From positions 76,231 through 140,230 of the forward strand of contig DATEHU010000033.1 in NCBI GenBank assembly GCA_035279405.1: a stretch of DNA of 64,000 bases, read 5' to 3'. Within the stretch, counting starts at the first letter, position 1. The number at the start of each line of letters is the position of its first letter. Below, one piece after another: positions 22,115-31,328 of the stretch. The notes under the pieces are model-generated. The model saw nothing but the letters and a program-made list of their open reading frames with translations. It had not been told where the DNA came from and did not search any database. The position numbers and the translations under genes are program-made. Origin of the DNA: Gammaproteobacteria bacterium (GTDB taxonomy: Bacteria; Pseudomonadota; Gammaproteobacteria; Natronospirales; REEB76).

Positions 22115-22163
22115 CGGGTTCCCGCACCCGCGGGCGTGGCACTTTCGTTTCGGCGAAAGTGCC
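22115..22163. repeat. two adjacent REP-like hairpins downstream of rapZ
   Basis: cgcggg-ttcccgca-cccgcg lies at 22115-22134. The perfect 10-bp stem ggcactttcg-tttcgg-cgaaagtgcc lies at 22138-22163. No U-tract follows. The remainder of the 270-bp gap (to 22374) is also GC-rich, repeat-like sequence. Confidence 0.55.
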
Positions 22164-22374
22164 TAAAGCCATTCCCCCGGAGCGCGGGTCGCGGAAGCCG
22201 CAACTGCCCTGCGCGCTTCGCTCGCTGCGGAGTTGCGCTCACGGCACCTCCCTGTGCCGGTCGCGCGAACTCGGCATCCTGCCTTCGTCCCTGACGGGCT
22301 AACCTTGCTCGCTCCAGTGGTCGGCTCGCGCTACGGGTATAGAGGAACAGGAATGGCGCAACAGTTAGGGAAAT

Positions 22375-23616
22375 CTATGACTTTTCATCTGGTTTAATAT
22401 CATCCTCACATTGCGCTATTCCTAGAAACGCCAGCAACTTGTCGGCGTGCGCGAGCGCATCCTTGCGGCCCAATTCCAGCAGTTCGCGGCAGAATCCGCT
22501 TTCAAACAACAGGTAACTGGCGAGCTGACTGCCGCTCTTGCGGGCACCGCCCAAGATGCGCAGCAGTATGCGCACGCTGCGCGGAAATTCCTGCACGTGG
22601 CGTTGCGCAATCTCGCGCATGTCCTCGCTGGGCACAATCACCAGGGTGTCAATTACCTTGAGCGACGGCGACGGGCCGGACGCCGCCGCCAGTTCCCGCA
22701 CGGTGTTGTTGATGCGCTGCAGGCGCTCAAGATCGGCATACAGGTTGTCACTGAACACCATATCCATGAGGTAGCCCGCCAACTGCCCCGGTGACGGATA
22801 CGCCACTTCCGCGCCCGGCTCCGGCAATTTGTTCGCCTGCTCGTTGCGCACACCGATCACCAGGATGCGATCCGCGCCGAGGTGTACGGCCGGGCTGAGC
22901 GGGGCCGTCTGGCGTAGCGAACCGTCACCGTAATACTCGCGTCCCAGTCGCACCGCCGGGAATATCACCGGCAGTGCCACGGAGGCCATGACGTGATCCA
23001 GACGCAACTCTGCCGGCTGGCCGATGCGCCGCGTGCGGTGCCAGGCCTTGAGACCCGGCTTGCCCTTGTAGAAGCACACGGCGCGCGCCGAGGTGTACCC
23101 GGAACAGGTCAGCGACAGCGCGTCCAGCGCGCCTGCGTCAATGGCTTCCTGCAGGCGCGCGAAGATGATGTGCCGCTCCAGCAGCTTGCGCAGCGGCGTG
23201 TTGTCGAGCAGTGCAATCACGTTGCGGCGTGCGAAGCCCGCGTGCAGCAGCGCCATGAGCCAGGACATGACGTTTTTGAACATGGTGCCCGCGTCGGTGC
23301 GAAACACCAGATCGCTGCGAATGTGCTCCCACACGCCCGCGAGTTCCTGCGCGCCACGGCGGAATTGCAGTGCATGGGCGGCAATCAGGGTGGCGTTGAT
23401 GGCGCCCGCCGAGACGCCCGACACGATGGGGAACGGCGAGGCCGCATCCGGCGGCAGCAGCTCGGAAATCGCCTGGAGTACGCCGGCCTGATACGCGGCG
23501 CGCGCCCCGCCCCCGGGCAGAACCAGCCCGACCTTCGGCCGCAGCGCATGCGCCTCAGCCATGCGGCATCCGCCACCGCCCGATACGGGGCCCGGCAAAT
23601 CCTGGGTTAAAATCAT
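22375..23616 (-). CDS. patatin-like phospholipase family protein
   Basis: It has the oxyanion motif LVLPGGGARAAYQAGVL and the nucleophile elbow GVSAGAINA. A more likely start is the ATG at 23562 (MAEAHALRPKVGLVL). Confidence 0.85.
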   Translation of the reverse strand: MILTQDLPGPVSGGGGCRMAEAHALRPKVGLVLPGGGARAAYQAGVLQAISELLPPDAASPFPIVSGVSAGAINATLIAAHALQFRRGAQELAGVWEHIRSDLVFRTDAGTMFKNVMSWLMALLHAGFARRNVIALLDNTPLRKLLERHIIFARLQEAIDAGALDALSLTCSGYTSARAVCFYKGKPGLKAWHRTRRIGQPAELRLDHVMASVALPVIFPAVRLGREYYGDGSLRQTAPLSPAVHLGADRILVIGVRNEQANKLPEPGAEVAYPSPGQLAGYLMDMVFSDNLYADLERLQRINNTVRELAAASGPSPSLKVIDTLVIVPSEDMREIAQRHVQEFPRSVRILLRILGGARKSGSQLASYLLFESGFCRELLELGRKDALAHADKLLAFLGIAQCEDDIKPDEKS

Positions 23617-23706
23617 GTATATTCAAGGCCGTAGAGTTGGATACTGCAGAGGTTCCTTTGAACTTGTTGCCACCTGTTCCTCACGTTCCGAAACTGCCGC
23701 CGCGTC

Positions 23707-24513
23707 ATGCAGAATCTGAACCTTTGGGTCCCTAAATCGCCGAAGCTGGCGGGCCGGCAGGCGCAGAGTAGCGCATCCGACACCGATGTGCCGCGACCGC
23801 TGCTGCGCATCGTGATCCTCAACACCAAAGGCGGCTGCGGCAAATCCACGCTGGCCACCAACCTTGCCGCCTATTATGCCTCGCACGACTACCGCACTGC
23901 GTTGCTGGACGCCGATCCGCAAGCCTCCAGCCTGCACTGGCTGCAAAATCGCGACGGTGCACATAAAGCAATCACCGCCATCAACGGCGCCGACCGCAGC
24001 CTGCGCGTCACCCGCAGTTTCCAGATGCGCGTTCCGCCGGGGATCGAACGCCTGATCGTGGATACGCCGGCGGCGCTGGACAGCACCCGCCTCCAGGACA
24101 TGACGCGCGACGCTGACGCCATTCTCATTCCAGTGCTGCCATCGGACATCGACATCCACGCGGTTTCCCGCTGCGTCGCCGAACTGCTGCTCGCGGGACG
24201 CGTGGAACAGCGCCGCGAGCGGGTGGCGGTGATCGCCAACCGTGTGAAGAAGAACACGCTGGTGTACGCAAAATTGCAGCGCTTCCTGAGCAGCCTGGGC
24301 ATCACGTTTGCGGCGAGCCTGCGCGATACGCAGAATTATGTGCATGCTTCGGAATGGGGCCTCGGCATCCATGAGCTCGAAGCCCAGGGCTCGGACCAGG
24401 ATGCTCTCGACTGGGAACCCCTCGTCCAGTGGCTGGAACAGCGCCGCGTGCAAGCCAACGCAATGCCGGACGACGACGACGCAGACGAGACCGCGACTCA
24501 GTCGCCGGGCTGA
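23707..24513 (+). CDS. ParA/MinD-family P-loop ATPase (orphan; no parB seen)
   Basis: Deviant Walker A in RIVILNTKGGCGKSTLATNLA, then LLDADPQASS. The acidic C-terminal tail is ...MPDDDDADETATQSPG. An in-frame GTG at 23788 is a possible alternative start. Confidence 0.8.
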   Translation: MQNLNLWVPKSPKLAGRQAQSSASDTDVPRPLLRIVILNTKGGCGKSTLATNLAAYYASHDYRTALLDADPQASSLHWLQNRDGAHKAITAINGADRSLRVTRSFQMRVPPGIERLIVDTPAALDSTRLQDMTRDADAILIPVLPSDIDIHAVSRCVAELLLAGRVEQRRERVAVIANRVKKNTLVYAKLQRFLSSLGITFAASLRDTQNYVHASEWGLGIHELEAQGSDQDALDWEPLVQWLEQRRVQANAMPDDDDADETATQSPG

Positions 24514-26879
24514 AATACCAGCGTATGTTGAGCCGCGCCGGGCAAAAACGGCGTCGCTTCACCCCGCACCCACGCAGGCTGACTGTTGCGGTAATACGCA
24601 GAGAACGGATAACCGCTCTGGCCGGTCGGCATCTCGAAGATGCCGTGCGCCAGATTCGCGGGCTCCACGTCCATGCGCTCGGACGCGCCGAAATCCACGC
24701 CCTGCACGCGCGGCATATTGCTGTCACCGGGCAGCTCCACCGGCCGCATGTCCAGCCAGCGGCCCAGAAACGGCAGCCCGCGCGTCATGGGCTGCTGAAT
24801 GCGCACCAGATTGCGCTCGCCCCAGGTGCGCGTGCTTAGCCCACTGCCAGGCAACCAGAGCTGCTTGATGACCTGATCCACGGCGGCGAGCAACAAATCA
24901 TTCCAGCTCTTGTATTTTGGATCGAGCAAATTCACCGGTCGTTGTGTCACCATGGCCCACAACGCAGCTTCGCGCTGCGTGAGTATGCGGTAATCGCACG
25001 GCGGATCAATTTTCCTGCAGGGGGCCGTGAGCGCACTGAACGCCACGGCATCCACCTGCTGGCGGAAATCGCGTACCAGCCGATAACCAACGGAATCCAC
25101 CGCAGCACGCCCGCCCCAGTTTTCCACGTAGTGCCGAAATTGCGCGCGGCGCGGATGTGCGTTCAAAGTCGGCGGCGCCAGCAGTTGCAGCGCCAGCGAG
25201 CGCCAGCGCGCGAGGAACACCGCACGGTCGTCGAGTTCGATGGCCAGCATGTCGGCGGGCGTTAATTTGTCCTGCACCAGCAGATCATCGCGGATCTGCT
25301 GCGCACGCGCGCCGAGATCGTAGCCGCCGTCGCCGATCTGCGCGAGCATCGCGCCGTCCACCACGCGCGCGTTCGCGGTCCATAGGCGTCCGCCGGGCGG
25401 ATCCACAATGCGCGGGTACTGTTCCGGTGCCAGCCAGCCGGTCCAGCCTACGCCCGTCTTGTCCCAATACGCCGGGAACTCCGGATCGTAACCGCTGCGC
25501 AGCGGAATTTTTCCGGCGATGGTCCAGGCAATATGGCCTTTGCTGTCCACCACCAGAAAATTCTGTTCCGGCATGCCGGCGCGGTTGGCAATCGCCATGG
25601 CCTGCTGAATGTTCTGCGCTGCGGCCATTTCACTGAGTTCGGCGTTGGTGGCAGCGGGATCCGCGGCGATCCAGTGCACGGCGCGCGGTACCCCATCGTG
25701 ATCCTGGCCGGTCACCGGCCCCCAGAGGGTGTCGGTTACGTGCATCACCACGGGCTTGTGGCCGGCGACCTGAATGATTTCCTGGTGATGGCTGAACGCG
25801 CGCCAGCCGTCGGGCGTCAGGTAGGCATTAGCATCGCCCGGCTCGAGCCGCAGATTGACGAGCGCGGTCCAGTTGCCATAGCTGTTGGTGAAACCCCATG
25901 CGACGTGGCCATTGCTGCCGACCACCACCAGCGGCAGGCCCGGCAGGGTCACGCCGGTCACCGCGACCGGCGTGCCGTCGGCGGCGCGGTAATCGAGCTG
26001 CGCACGGTACCAGATGTTCGGCACCGCGAGCCCCAGGTGCATGTCGTTGGCGAGAATCGCGTGACCGTCTTTGCTGTGCGCGGCATCCACGGCAAAACTG
26101 TTGCTGCCCAGCACCACTTCGCCGGCCAGGGGCGCAACGCCGGTGTCCGCGAACTCGGCCTGCGGCCAAGTGCGCAAATCCACCGCACGGCTTGCGGGTA
26201 TCGGCGGCGTGGCGTCGGGCTCACCGAGAACCGACGCATCCCATTGGGTGCCCGCCGCATCGAGGAAATCGAACAGCGGTTTGGGCAAGGTGTCGCGCAT
26301 CAGCGCGAGCTGCGAGGCACGCCGGTCGTAGGCGTCCTGCAGGTCGAAATACATGGCAAAGATCACCAGCACCGAGTCCGCAGGCGTCCACGGCTGCGGC
26401 CGCTGGCGCAGCAGACCGTACTCGAACGGCCGGGTCTTGAGCGCCGCCAGGCCCGCATTCACGCCGTCCGCGTAGGCGGTGATCATGGCGCGCCGCTGCG
26501 GCGTAGCGCGCGCAAGCACCTGTTGCGCTACGGCACGCAGGCGAAACAGGCGGTGCTGTTCGTCGAACTTCACCGCGGCCGATCCCACCAGGGCTGCGAG
26601 TTCTCCGGCCGCGAGCCTGCGCATCAGGTCCATCTGGAAAAAGCGGTCCTGGGCGTGCAGAAAACCCAGAACGCGCGCCGCATCCTGCTGGTTTGCGGCC
26701 GTGACTGTCGGGACGCCGAGCGCATCGCGCGTGACGGTCACCGGCGCACTCAAACCCGCGAGCCTCACGCTGCCATCCAGTTGCGGCGCGCTGCCGCGCA
26801 GGAATACGGTGATCGCGATTACGACCGCCGCAATCAGCACGACGATGACCACCAATGCGCTGACCAGAACCCGCCGCAT
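24498..26879 (-). CDS. penicillin/AHL acylase family protein (Ntn hydrolase)
   Basis: 793 aa with an N-terminal anchor or signal (LVSALVVIVVLIAAVVIAITVF). The internal ...VLGSNSFAVDAAHSKDG fits the Ser-Asn N-terminal nucleophile of the beta chain. Its 3' end overlaps the convergent ParA-like gene by 16 nt. Confidence 0.85.
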   Translation of the reverse strand: MRRVLVSALVVIVVLIAAVVIAITVFLRGSAPQLDGSVRLAGLSAPVTVTRDALGVPTVTAANQQDAARVLGFLHAQDRFFQMDLMRRLAAGELAALVGSAAVKFDEQHRLFRLRAVAQQVLARATPQRRAMITAYADGVNAGLAALKTRPFEYGLLRQRPQPWTPADSVLVIFAMYFDLQDAYDRRASQLALMRDTLPKPLFDFLDAAGTQWDASVLGEPDATPPIPASRAVDLRTWPQAEFADTGVAPLAGEVVLGSNSFAVDAAHSKDGHAILANDMHLGLAVPNIWYRAQLDYRAADGTPVAVTGVTLPGLPLVVVGSNGHVAWGFTNSYGNWTALVNLRLEPGDANAYLTPDGWRAFSHHQEIIQVAGHKPVVMHVTDTLWGPVTGQDHDGVPRAVHWIAADPAATNAELSEMAAAQNIQQAMAIANRAGMPEQNFLVVDSKGHIAWTIAGKIPLRSGYDPEFPAYWDKTGVGWTGWLAPEQYPRIVDPPGGRLWTANARVVDGAMLAQIGDGGYDLGARAQQIRDDLLVQDKLTPADMLAIELDDRAVFLARWRSLALQLLAPPTLNAHPRRAQFRHYVENWGGRAAVDSVGYRLVRDFRQQVDAVAFSALTAPCRKIDPPCDYRILTQREAALWAMVTQRPVNLLDPKYKSWNDLLLAAVDQVIKQLWLPGSGLSTRTWGERNLVRIQQPMTRGLPFLGRWLDMRPVELPGDSNMPRVQGVDFGASERMDVEPANLAHGIFEMPTGQSGYPFSAYYRNSQPAWVRGEATPFLPGAAQHTLVFQPGD

Positions 26880-26944
26880 GTTTGGTAATTCTTGTCGGTT
26901 AGACAGCGGATGTTACTCGCCGGGACGTGCGCCGTGCCAGCGCC

Positions 26945-28126
26945 TCAGGCCTGTCGCAAGCTCGCGGCAATCGGCAGGCGCACCGCGCGTACGGCCGGCA
27001 GGATGCCGCCCAGTATGCCCATCACCAGTGCGTACACCAGACCCCAACCCAGCAATTGCGGTGTCACGGCAAAGCGGAACGCGATGATCGTAAGCGTGTT
27101 GAATGTGGTGGCCTGAAAGCCGTTGAACAGCAGATACGCAAGCACTCCGCCGCACACGCCGCCCACCAGTCCGAGCACCAGGGCTTCGATCAGCACCGAG
27201 CACAGTACCGGCGTGCGCGCGAATCCCAGCGCGCGCAGCATGGCTATTTCCTGGGTACGCGCGGCGACCGCCGTGTACATGGTGTTGACCGCGCCAAACA
27301 CCGCGCCTCCGCCCATGAGTATGGCGATGATGACGCCGACGATGCCGATGAACATGCTCAGGCCCTGGGCCTGTCCGGCGAAGTAATCCGACTCGCGTTG
27401 CACGCTCACGTTCAACTGCGGGTTGTGTTCGAGCGATTGCTGGAATTCCGGAAACGCACTCGCGCTGGCGAGCTTCGCGTACATCGAGCTCACGGAGTTG
27501 CCGCGTTGATAGGCGCCCTGCAGCACCGGCAGGCTGGTCCAGATCTCGGAGTTGTGCAGACCTCCGCCGTCATCGAAGATGCCCACGACCTTCCAGTCAT
27601 AGCGGCCCGAATGCAGCGTGTCCCCGAGCTGCACGCCCTGAAACAGGCGTGCCGCATCCGCGCCCACGATGACTTCATTCAGTCCGGGCGACAGCATGCG
27701 CCCGGAGATAATGTGCACCCTGGGATGCACCTTGAACGCTGCGGCCGTCACGCCGCGGAACGACACGTTCGACTGCAATCCGCTGCTGCGTTTTTTCAGG
27801 CTGATCTGCACCAGCAATTCGGGCGAGACCAGCGGGCCATTCGGCCCCTGAGCCACGCCCGGCGCCTGGCCCACGGTGAAATCGCTGTTGCCGGCAAGCA
27901 CGCTGTTCACCTCGCTGCCGGCGCCGCCGCGCAGCACGATCGCGACATCCGGTGAACCCGTGGTGGTAAGCGTTGCGTGGAATCCCGCGCGGATCGACAG
28001 AATCGCGACCACCACCAGCACCACGCCCGCGAACCCGACCACCGCCACCAGCGAGGAATCCAGCCGCCGGCCGAGGTTGCGGAAATTCATCAGGCTCACT
28101 GCCGCGAGTTGCTTCAAGCCATTCAT
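26945..28126 (-). CDS. ABC transporter permease, FtsX/MacB-type
   Basis: 393 aa: N-terminal TM, large periplasmic domain, C-terminal FtsX module (...AARTQEIAMLRALGF...). ATGA overlap with the upstream permease. Confidence 0.8.
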   Translation of the reverse strand: MNGLKQLAAVSLMNFRNLGRRLDSSLVAVVGFAGVVLVVVAILSIRAGFHATLTTTGSPDVAIVLRGGAGSEVNSVLAGNSDFTVGQAPGVAQGPNGPLVSPELLVQISLKKRSSGLQSNVSFRGVTAAAFKVHPRVHIISGRMLSPGLNEVIVGADAARLFQGVQLGDTLHSGRYDWKVVGIFDDGGGLHNSEIWTSLPVLQGAYQRGNSVSSMYAKLASASAFPEFQQSLEHNPQLNVSVQRESDYFAGQAQGLSMFIGIVGVIIAILMGGGAVFGAVNTMYTAVAARTQEIAMLRALGFARTPVLCSVLIEALVLGLVGGVCGGVLAYLLFNGFQATTFNTLTIIAFRFAVTPQLLGWGLVYALVMGILGGILPAVRAVRLPIAASLRQA

Positions 28127-29280
28127 CCCGCGCTCCTCAGCGCCGCCACTACCTGCAAGCGCATGGCACGGCTGACCGGCAAGACCGCCGACAACACGCC
28201 CAGAAGCAGCATCAGCAATATGCCCAGCCCCGCACCCTGCAAGGGCAAATACAGCCCCGGCAGGAACTGCAGCAGCGCGCCCGGAATCGCGCCGATCACG
28301 GCATACGCCAGCGCCAGCCCGATAATTCCGCCGATGACCGTCAGCAGCAGCGATTCCGCGAGCACCAGACCTACCAGCCGCCTGTTGCCAAAACCCACGG
28401 CTTTGAGCACCGCCAGCTCTGCGGTACGCTCGCGCACGGACTGTGCCATGGTGTTGGCGGTCACCAGCAGCATGGTGAACAGCACCGCGCTTACCACTGC
28501 GGTCACGATCGCGCCGATATCGCCGAACTGCGCCGCGAAGTTCGAGACAAACGCCTTCTCCGTCGAGGTGCGCGTTTCGAAGGGGGAATTAGCAAACAGT
28601 GCATCCACAGCCTGCGCCACCTGGCCGGCTTCGGCCGGATTGGCAATCTGCAGCACGAACCAGCTCACGGTGTTGTTGGCAAACGCGCGCGCATCGTCCA
28701 GATACTGATAGTGCATGAACAGCTGGTTGTCGCCGCCTCTCTGGCTGCTGGTGTAGATGCCGTCCACGACTACGTCCCAGGTGTTGTTGCCGTGTGCATC
28801 GCGCCAGATATTGGAACGCAGCGGAACCTGCTGGCCGATTTTCCAGCCGTAGGCTTGGGCGAGCGCCGCCCCGACGATCACCCCGCGTTTGTCTGCAAGC
28901 CACGCCCGTTGCTGCACAACCGGTATCGAATATTCCGGATACACCGCGAAAAAATCCTGGCTGCGTACCGCCATGGCGAAGATGGGGTTGCGCGGATCCT
29001 GGTAATAGCCGCCCACCCAGGCCTGGGGATTCACGCGTTCCACGTCCTTGACATGGGCGATGCGCTCGCCATAGCTGATGGGCAGCGAGACGGTGAGCGA
29101 CACCGCACTCATGGTGAGCAAACGGTTGGCACCGGCGTAATTCGCGCCCAGCGTGAACGCCTCGCGAATCGCCATGAGCATGCCGAACAGCAGGAATGCG
29201 AACACCACCGACAACAGCGTGAACACCAGACGCGTCTTGTGGCGCGTGAGATTGGACCAGAGCAAGGGGAGATATTTCAC
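28123..29280 (-). CDS. ABC transporter permease, FtsX/MacB-type
   Basis: The probable start is the GTG at 29280 (VKYLPLLWSNLTRHKTRLVFTLLSVVFAFLLFG). The FtsX module is ...RERTAELAVLKAVGF.... The track ORF starts 28 codons earlier. Confidence 0.8.
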   Translation of the reverse strand: MKYLPLLWSNLTRHKTRLVFTLLSVVFAFLLFGMLMAIREAFTLGANYAGANRLLTMSAVSLTVSLPISYGERIAHVKDVERVNPQAWVGGYYQDPRNPIFAMAVRSQDFFAVYPEYSIPVVQQRAWLADKRGVIVGAALAQAYGWKIGQQVPLRSNIWRDAHGNNTWDVVVDGIYTSSQRGGDNQLFMHYQYLDDARAFANNTVSWFVLQIANPAEAGQVAQAVDALFANSPFETRTSTEKAFVSNFAAQFGDIGAIVTAVVSAVLFTMLLVTANTMAQSVRERTAELAVLKAVGFGNRRLVGLVLAESLLLTVIGGIIGLALAYAVIGAIPGALLQFLPGLYLPLQGAGLGILLMLLLGVLSAVLPVSRAMRLQVVAALRSAG

Positions 29281-29513
29281 GTTGGCGGTTCCCGTGCCGT
29301 GTGCTGAGTACCGCTCCCAGGTTCCCGGATCACGGCGCCGGGAATTATTGCCTGTGCCGCGCACGATTGCCAGCCCGCGGCATCACCGTCCGCGCATGAT
29401 AAATGTCATGCCGTGCCCGGGCGTGACATTCGTCACGCCCAAGTCCTGACGGTTGGGACTCGCCACACCGCAGCTTGAGTCGCATCCTGTGCCCACTGAA
29501 ACCGGAGAGCTGC

Positions 29514-30434
29514 ATGTACAACCCCAGCCAGACCCATGCCGTGATCGCCGCGCTACGAAACGTCACCAAGCGTTACGGCACGGTCACCGCCGTGGACCGG
29601 CTGAGCCTCTATGTCCGCCAGGGCGAAGTGCTGGCACTGCTTGGCCCGAATGGCGCGGGCAAAACCACGAGCGTCAACCTGCTTCTGGGTCTCGCCTGGC
29701 CCACGACTGGCGCGGTTGAGCTTTTCGGTCAGTCGCCCCGCGAGGTGGCCGCGCGCCGTCGCATCGGCGCCATGCTGCAAGGGGCGCAGTTGGGCAGTCA
29801 TGCGCGCGTCGGCGAGATAATTGCACTGTATTCCGGTTATTACCTGCAGCCGCTGGCGTTAGCCGAAACGCTGCGCACTGCCGGGCTCGAAGGGTTGGAA
29901 AACCGGCCGGTGGTAAAACTCTCTGGCGGACAGAAACAACGGCTCGCGTTCGCGCTCGCCATCTGCGGCAATTCCGAACTGTTGTTTCTGGACGAGCCGA
30001 CCGTGGGCCTGGACGTGGAAGCGCGCCGCGGTTCCTGGGTATCCATTCGCCGCCTCAAGGAACAGGGCCGCAGCGTCGTGCTTACTACGCATTACATCGA
30101 GGAAGCTGATGCGCTTGCCGATCGCATCGTGGTCATAAACCGCGGTCGGCTGGTCGCCGAGGGTACTCCCGCGGAAATCAAACGTACAGTTGCACAGCGT
30201 CACATCCGCTGCATTACCAAACTGAGCATGGCACAGATCCGGATGCTGCCCGGCGTCACAACCGTGTCGCAGGAAAGCGCACGGCTGGACATCGTCGCCG
30301 CACATCCCGAGAGCGTATTGTTCGAGATGCTCAAGCTCGATCCGGCACTGCGCGACCTCGAAGTCACCGGTGCCAAACTCGAAGAAGCGTTTTTGGTTCT
30401 CACCGACGACCATCGTGAGGAGCAAGCCGCATGA
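29514..30434 (+). CDS. ABC transporter ATP-binding protein (ABC-2 / drug-exporter type)
   Basis: I moved the start to the ATG at 29514. Walker [10 protein letters not shown], signature LSGGQKQRLAFALAI, Walker B LLFLDEPT. Confidence 0.9.
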   Translation: MYNPSQTHAVIAALRNVTKRYGTVTAVDRLSLYVRQGEVLALLGPNGAGKTTSVNLLLGLAWPTTGAVELFGQSPREVAARRRIGAMLQGAQLGSHARVGEIIALYSGYYLQPLALAETLRTAGLEGLENRPVVKLSGGQKQRLAFALAICGNSELLFLDEPTVGLDVEARRGSWVSIRRLKEQGRSVVLTTHYIEEADALADRIVVINRGRLVAEGTPAEIKRTVAQRHIRCITKLSMAQIRMLPGVTTVSQESARLDIVAAHPESVLFEMLKLDPALRDLEVTGAKLEEAFLVLTDDHREEQAA

Positions 30435-31315
30435 ATACCGCAAGCGCCAAAGAAACTTCGGATGCCCTTATTGCATCGTCATTCCCGCAAAAGCGGGAAT
30501 CCAGTGACTCAAATACCTTGACCCCCGCTTCCGCGGGGGTGACAGATAAATCAAAACGCTGGACTTGGCAGGATACGCTTGGGGTATATCTGCGCGAAGC
30601 GGGCTTCGAGTTTGGGGAACTGATGCGCATGCCAGGTTTCGCGCTGCCGACACTGTTATTCCCCACCATGTTCTACGTGTTCTTCGGCCTGATCTTCGGC
30701 CGGAGCGGCGATCATCAGGTCGCCACCTACATGCTCGCGACCTACGGCACCTTCGGCATCATGGGGCCGGCGCTCTTCGGCTTCGGCGTGCATGTGGCAA
30801 TGGAGCGTGAGCGCGGCATTCTGGCACTGAAGCGCGTCGCGCCCATGCCACCCATGGCCTATCTGTTCGCCAAGGCCGCCATGGCCATGCTGTTTGCGCT
30901 GGTCATCGTGCTAATGCTATTTTTGCTGGGCGCACTGTTCGGCGGCGTGGCGCTGCCGCGCAGCGAGTGGTGGCTGCTCGCAGTCGCCTTGATCGTTGGG
31001 ACGTTGCCGTTTTGCGCGGTGGGCCTGGCGATCGGTGTGCGCGTCGGTGGCCAGGCGTCAGTCGCCATCATCAATCTCGTCTATCTGCCGATGTCATTCC
31101 TTTCGGGCCTGTGGGTGCCGCTGCAATTCTTTCCGCGCTGGCTGCAAGTCATGGCCAATGTATTCCCGGCCTATCATCTGGGCCAGATCGCACTCGGAAT
31201 CGTGCACCAGGACGATGGCAGCCGGTTCCTCGCGCATCTGATTTATCTGCTGCTGTTTACCGTGGTATGCCTAGGATTTGCGCAGCGCGGCTGGCGGCGG
31301 ATTCAGGATCGTTAA
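30431..31315 (+). CDS. ABC-2 type transporter permease
   Basis: Six predicted TM helices from ...FALPTLLFPTMFYVFFGLIF onward. The start is ambiguous: either the ATG at 30431 (ATGA overlap with the ATPase stop) or the GTG at 30539. A REP hairpin pair lies between them (see findings). Confidence 0.75.
   Translation: MNTASAKETSDALIASSFPQKRESSDSNTLTPASAGVTDKSKRWTWQDTLGVYLREAGFEFGELMRMPGFALPTLLFPTMFYVFFGLIFGRSGDHQVATYMLATYGTFGIMGPALFGFGVHVAMERERGILALKRVAPMPPMAYLFAKAAMAMLFALVIVLMLFLLGALFGGVALPRSEWWLLAVALIVGTLPFCAVGLAIGVRVGGQASVAIINLVYLPMSFLSGLWVPLQFFPRWLQVMANVFPAYHLGQIALGIVHQDDGSRFLAHLIYLLLFTVVCLGFAQRGWRRIQDR
30481..30540. repeat. REP hairpin pair (attcccgc-aaaa-gcgggaat and acccccgc-ttcc-gcgggggt)
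   Basis: Read directly. The minus-strand translation gives the familiar spurious peptide ...WIPAFAGMT (track ORF 30468-30653). Confidence 0.75.
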
Positions 31316-31328
31316 CCGGAGAACCCCC

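Noticed and set aside
22137-22153. Sigma-54-like TGGCAC-N5-TTTC match downstream of rapZ
   Set aside because: It is the 5' arm of a perfect REP-type hairpin (22138-22163). No plus-strand gene follows it, and the -12 element deviates from TTGC.
30468-30653. Minus-strand ORF ending ...SHWIPAFAGMTMQ, and similar repeat-derived peptides at 48558-49253 and 22108-22302
   Set aside because: These are translations of REP/MITE hairpins (recurrent pseudo-peptides), not genes.
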